A stretch of DNA of 64,000 nucleotides from an uncultured Clostridia bacterium. Lineage in GTDB: Bacteria > Bacillota > Clostridia > Christensenellales > UBA1242. A model generated the notes under the pieces. It did no database searches and was not told the origin of the DNA. It worked only from the letters and a program-made list of their open reading frames with translations. Positions 62,237-64,000 of the stretch are shown one piece after another. Each line of letters opens with the position of its first letter. Position 1 is the stretch's first letter. Where the stretch lies: assembly GCA_944372335.1 (NCBI GenBank), contig CALVYQ010000003.1:1410-65409 (forward strand), written 5' to 3'. The position numbers and the translations under genes were made by a program.

Positions 62237-62312
62237 TGGTCGAGGTGGCGGGGCTCGAACCCACGGCCTCACGGTCCCGAACCGTGCACGCTACCAACTG
62301 CGCTACACCTCG
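62237..62312 (-). tRNA. tRNA-Pro (anticodon CGG)
   Basis: Reverse complement is CGAGGTGTAGCGCAGTTGGTAGCG..CACGGTTCGGGACCGTG..GGTTCGAGCCCCGCCACCTCGACCA. Confidence 0.93.
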
Positions 62313-62428
62313 TTAAACTCTATCTTTTTAAATATATTGCTATAAAAATTATTTTATTAATTAACAAAAATTTCAATAAAAACTTTTTATGATAAAAAAT
62401 TAGATTGCACCAAAGAAATTATTTAGTT

Positions 62429-62451
62429 TGGAGCGGATAATGGGAGTCGAA
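62429..62451 (-). other. orphan 3' fragment of a tRNA (Gly-like: T-loop, T-stem 3' strand, acceptor 3' strand, U73, CCA); candidate prophage att core
   Basis: Reverse complement is TTCGACT-CCCAT-TATCCGC-T-CCA. The sequence 5' of it (cgatt) cannot form the T-stem, so the tRNA body is missing. Confidence 0.65.
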
Positions 62452-62575
62452 AATCGCAAAATCTAGTATGCAAAATATGTCATTACACACTAAATATTGT
62501 TTTATTTTACATTATAAATCATTAAAAGTCAATTGTTTTTACCAGTTTTTAAAATTTTGTGCCTAAAAATGTGAC

Positions 62576-62608
62576 TAAAAAATAGGGAGAAGATTTTAGC
62601 CTTCTCCC
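62576..62608 (-). terminator. terminator after the last phage gene
   Basis: Minus strand: gggagaag-8 nt-cttctccc followed by tatttttt. Confidence 0.7.
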
Positions 62609-62620
62609 ATTAGTTTTTTA

Positions 62621-63001
62621 TTAATTAATGCCGTAAATATATACATCGCCAGAATAATGTTCAGCATTTATTTTAAATGTTGTCGCATTATCGAATTGAC
62701 AACGATATCTTGAACCATCCCACGATTCAAGGCATAACTCTTCTCCATAATGAATGTTAAGCCATTGAGCAGGAAAGAAAAAAGGATTACGCCATGAACT
62801 CGATCTGTTATTTATAAGCCAAATAAATCTAAAATTTGTAATAGGCTGAGACAATGTTATTGAATTGGTGTCTGGTGCATAACCAATTTGAGTGACAGTT
62901 TTTCCAATATTATTAATATCTTCTTCGGTTGCAATTCTTTTGGAATCAATAAATCCCCCACCCGCAACTTCTAGATTTCCGTTTATTTTTAAATTACTCA
63001 T
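62621..63001 (-). CDS. phage-associated hypothetical protein (126 aa; tail-fibre tip or accessory candidate)
   Basis: It sits 9 nt downstream of the tail-fibre gene. N-terminus is MSNLKINGNLEVAGGG. Confidence 0.55.
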   Translation of the reverse strand: MSNLKINGNLEVAGGGFIDSKRIATEEDINNIGKTVTQIGYAPDTNSITLSQPITNFRFIWLINNRSSSWRNPFFFPAQWLNIHYGEELCLESWDGSRYRCQFDNATTFKINAEHYSGDVYIYGIN

Positions 63002-63010
63002 ATTCCCTCC

Positions 63011-63979
63011 TTATATTTCAAAAGTATCAGTATCTGTATTATAACTAATAACTCCACCATTTAATTTTATTTCGCCAATTGTGTTAATAGAAACTCCGCT
63101 TGAATCTAGTGTTATTTCGGCTACTCTTGTAGCAAATTGTCCCAATATCAAATTTATACTATTACCATTATTATTAATATATACAGTATAATCGCCAACT
63201 TGTTTGGTTATTAAGACTCTCCTTTCAATCTGTGTTTGGGGGTCACTATCAAAGTCAATTTCAGATTGAAGTTGCCCGTTTACATTAACCGCTGTTTTTG
63301 TGTTTACTGCTGAATTTACTTCACTATTTGTTGCATACCCCGCACCATTTGCAAGTTGGTTATTGTTAGTCGGAATTTGACTTACTTTTACATAAGGGTC
63401 AGAGACACCATTGACTTGTGTTCCATCACCATCATTTGTCAAATCGCTTGTGGCAGTTGGCGTTGTGATATTTATCTCTTTATCAGCTTCACCATTGTAT
63501 TCGCCTAAATTGTTGTCATTTTGCTTAATTGTTAACGTTCCAAGAGAAACATTTGCACTAAGCGGTTTCCCGGCTACCGTAGTAGTTTTGTCGGCCTTTG
63601 TTTCTATTGCACTAGCATTCGCCTGTTCTGCCTGTTGTGCTCTTTGCACTTCGGCTGAAATTGCACTAGCATTCGCCTGTTCCGCTTGTTGTGCACGAGT
63701 TGTTTCTGCCGAGATTGCACTAGCGTTTTCTTGTTCTGCTTGTTGTGCTCTTGTGGTCTCTGTAGTAATTGCTTGGCTTAATGCTTCTTCGGCGCTTGTT
63801 GCTCTTGTGGTTTCATTAGTAATGGCAGTAGTTAAGTTATTAATGCTTGAAATTATATTATCATAGCCCACAAGTTTCATAGCGCCGGTATTTTCAACAT
63901 AGATGTATCCGTTAGTATTTGCGCTTAAAACTCCACCTAATTGAGTTTCTGTGGCAACTTGAATGTTTACAGTAGTCAC
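63011..63979 (-). CDS. phage tail-fibre-like protein with 18-aa tandem repeats
   Basis: TETQLGGVLSA..GYIYVENTGAMKL N-terminal motif, typical of phage fibre proteins. Repeats are TTRAQQAEQxNASAISAE. The GTG start is uncertain because the frame stays open to the window end. Confidence 0.7.
   Translation of the reverse strand: MTTVNIQVATETQLGGVLSANTNGYIYVENTGAMKLVGYDNIISSINNLTTAITNETTRATSAEEALSQAITTETTRAQQAEQENASAISAETTRAQQAEQANASAISAEVQRAQQAEQANASAIETKADKTTTVAGKPLSANVSLGTLTIKQNDNNLGEYNGEADKEINITTPTATSDLTNDGDGTQVNGVSDPYVKVSQIPTNNNQLANGAGYATNSEVNSAVNTKTAVNVNGQLQSEIDFDSDPQTQIERRVLITKQVGDYTVYINNNGNSINLILGQFATRVAEITLDSSGVSINTIGEIKLNGGVISYNTDTDTFEI
63606..63821. repeat. 54-bp tandem repeat, 4 copies (last one diverged), inside the tail-fibre CDS
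   Basis: attgcactagc... restarts at 63606, 63660 and 63714; a diverged copy starts at 63768. Confidence 0.85.
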
Positions 63980-64000
63980 AACACTTTGGAATTGAAAACT

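Larger units (their letters stand above)
62452..64000. mobile_element. end of a prophage or phage-derived element (tail-fibre module), continuing beyond the window
   Basis: A tRNA 3' fragment lies at the junction, and two tail-fibre-like genes lie immediately inside. Confidence 0.5.

Noticed and set aside
62453-62620. DGR template repeat or other retroelement next to the tail-fibre genes.
   Set aside because: I could see no stretch in this spacer resembling the 3' end of either fibre gene, and no reverse transcriptase is in the window. This cannot be excluded beyond 64 kb.
63411-63866. 151-aa plus-strand ORF inside the tail-fibre gene.
   Set aside because: It is an antisense artefact of the repetitive Ala/Gln-rich fibre repeats, and its own sequence is a low-complexity mirror of those repeats.

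Overview
AT-rich chromosomal window that looks like a low-GC Bacillota (Firmicutes)-type bacterium. That assignment is an inference from gene content: SigH-like sigma factor, HelD, mini-RNase III, ComFC, orphan Spo0A C-terminal domains, and the rpsF-ssb-rpsR and dnaG-rpoD blocks. The standard code 11 fits, since TGA is used as a stop and Trp is TGG. I call about 57 protein genes, 5 tRNAs (Glu-UUC, initiator fMet-CAU, Leu-CAG, Ser-CGA, Pro-CGG) and one 23-nt tRNA-Gly 3' fragment. I found no rRNA, CRISPR array, transposase or integrase. Housekeeping blocks are rpmE/rpsR/ssb/rpsF and secA (minus strand); ychF, mrnC-rlmB-comFC, sigH, glnS, def, gyrB...gyrA, xth, helD and hisS-metG (plus strand); then an rlmD-like gene, an SLT-domain gene, a cysteine desulfurase-like gene, dnaG-rpoD and groES-groEL (mostly minus strand). 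The observations I rank highest are listed here. (1) A self-contained two-gene operon (36.6-44.7 kb) encodes a 2337-aa membrane-anchored protein with no domain I recognise; it is built from ~421-aa modules, including 2.47 near-identical 1263-bp tandem copies, and comes with a 318-aa anchored partner. (2) Five DnaA boxes sit within 92 bp at 31.31-31.40 kb, in a window that has origin-proximal synteny but no dnaA. (3) gyrB and gyrA are separated by three translationally coupled small genes, two of them paralogous MazG-like genes. (4) A 4.4-kb islet between tRNA-Leu and the SLT gene is bracketed by two inverted orphan Spo0A_C DNA-binding genes and contains a wHTH-led three-gene operon of unknown function. 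(5) A GmrSD-type (DUF262/DUF1524) defence gene. (6) A prophage end marked by a tRNA-Gly 3' fragment next to tail-fibre genes. All functional calls come from reading motifs by eye. No database search was run.
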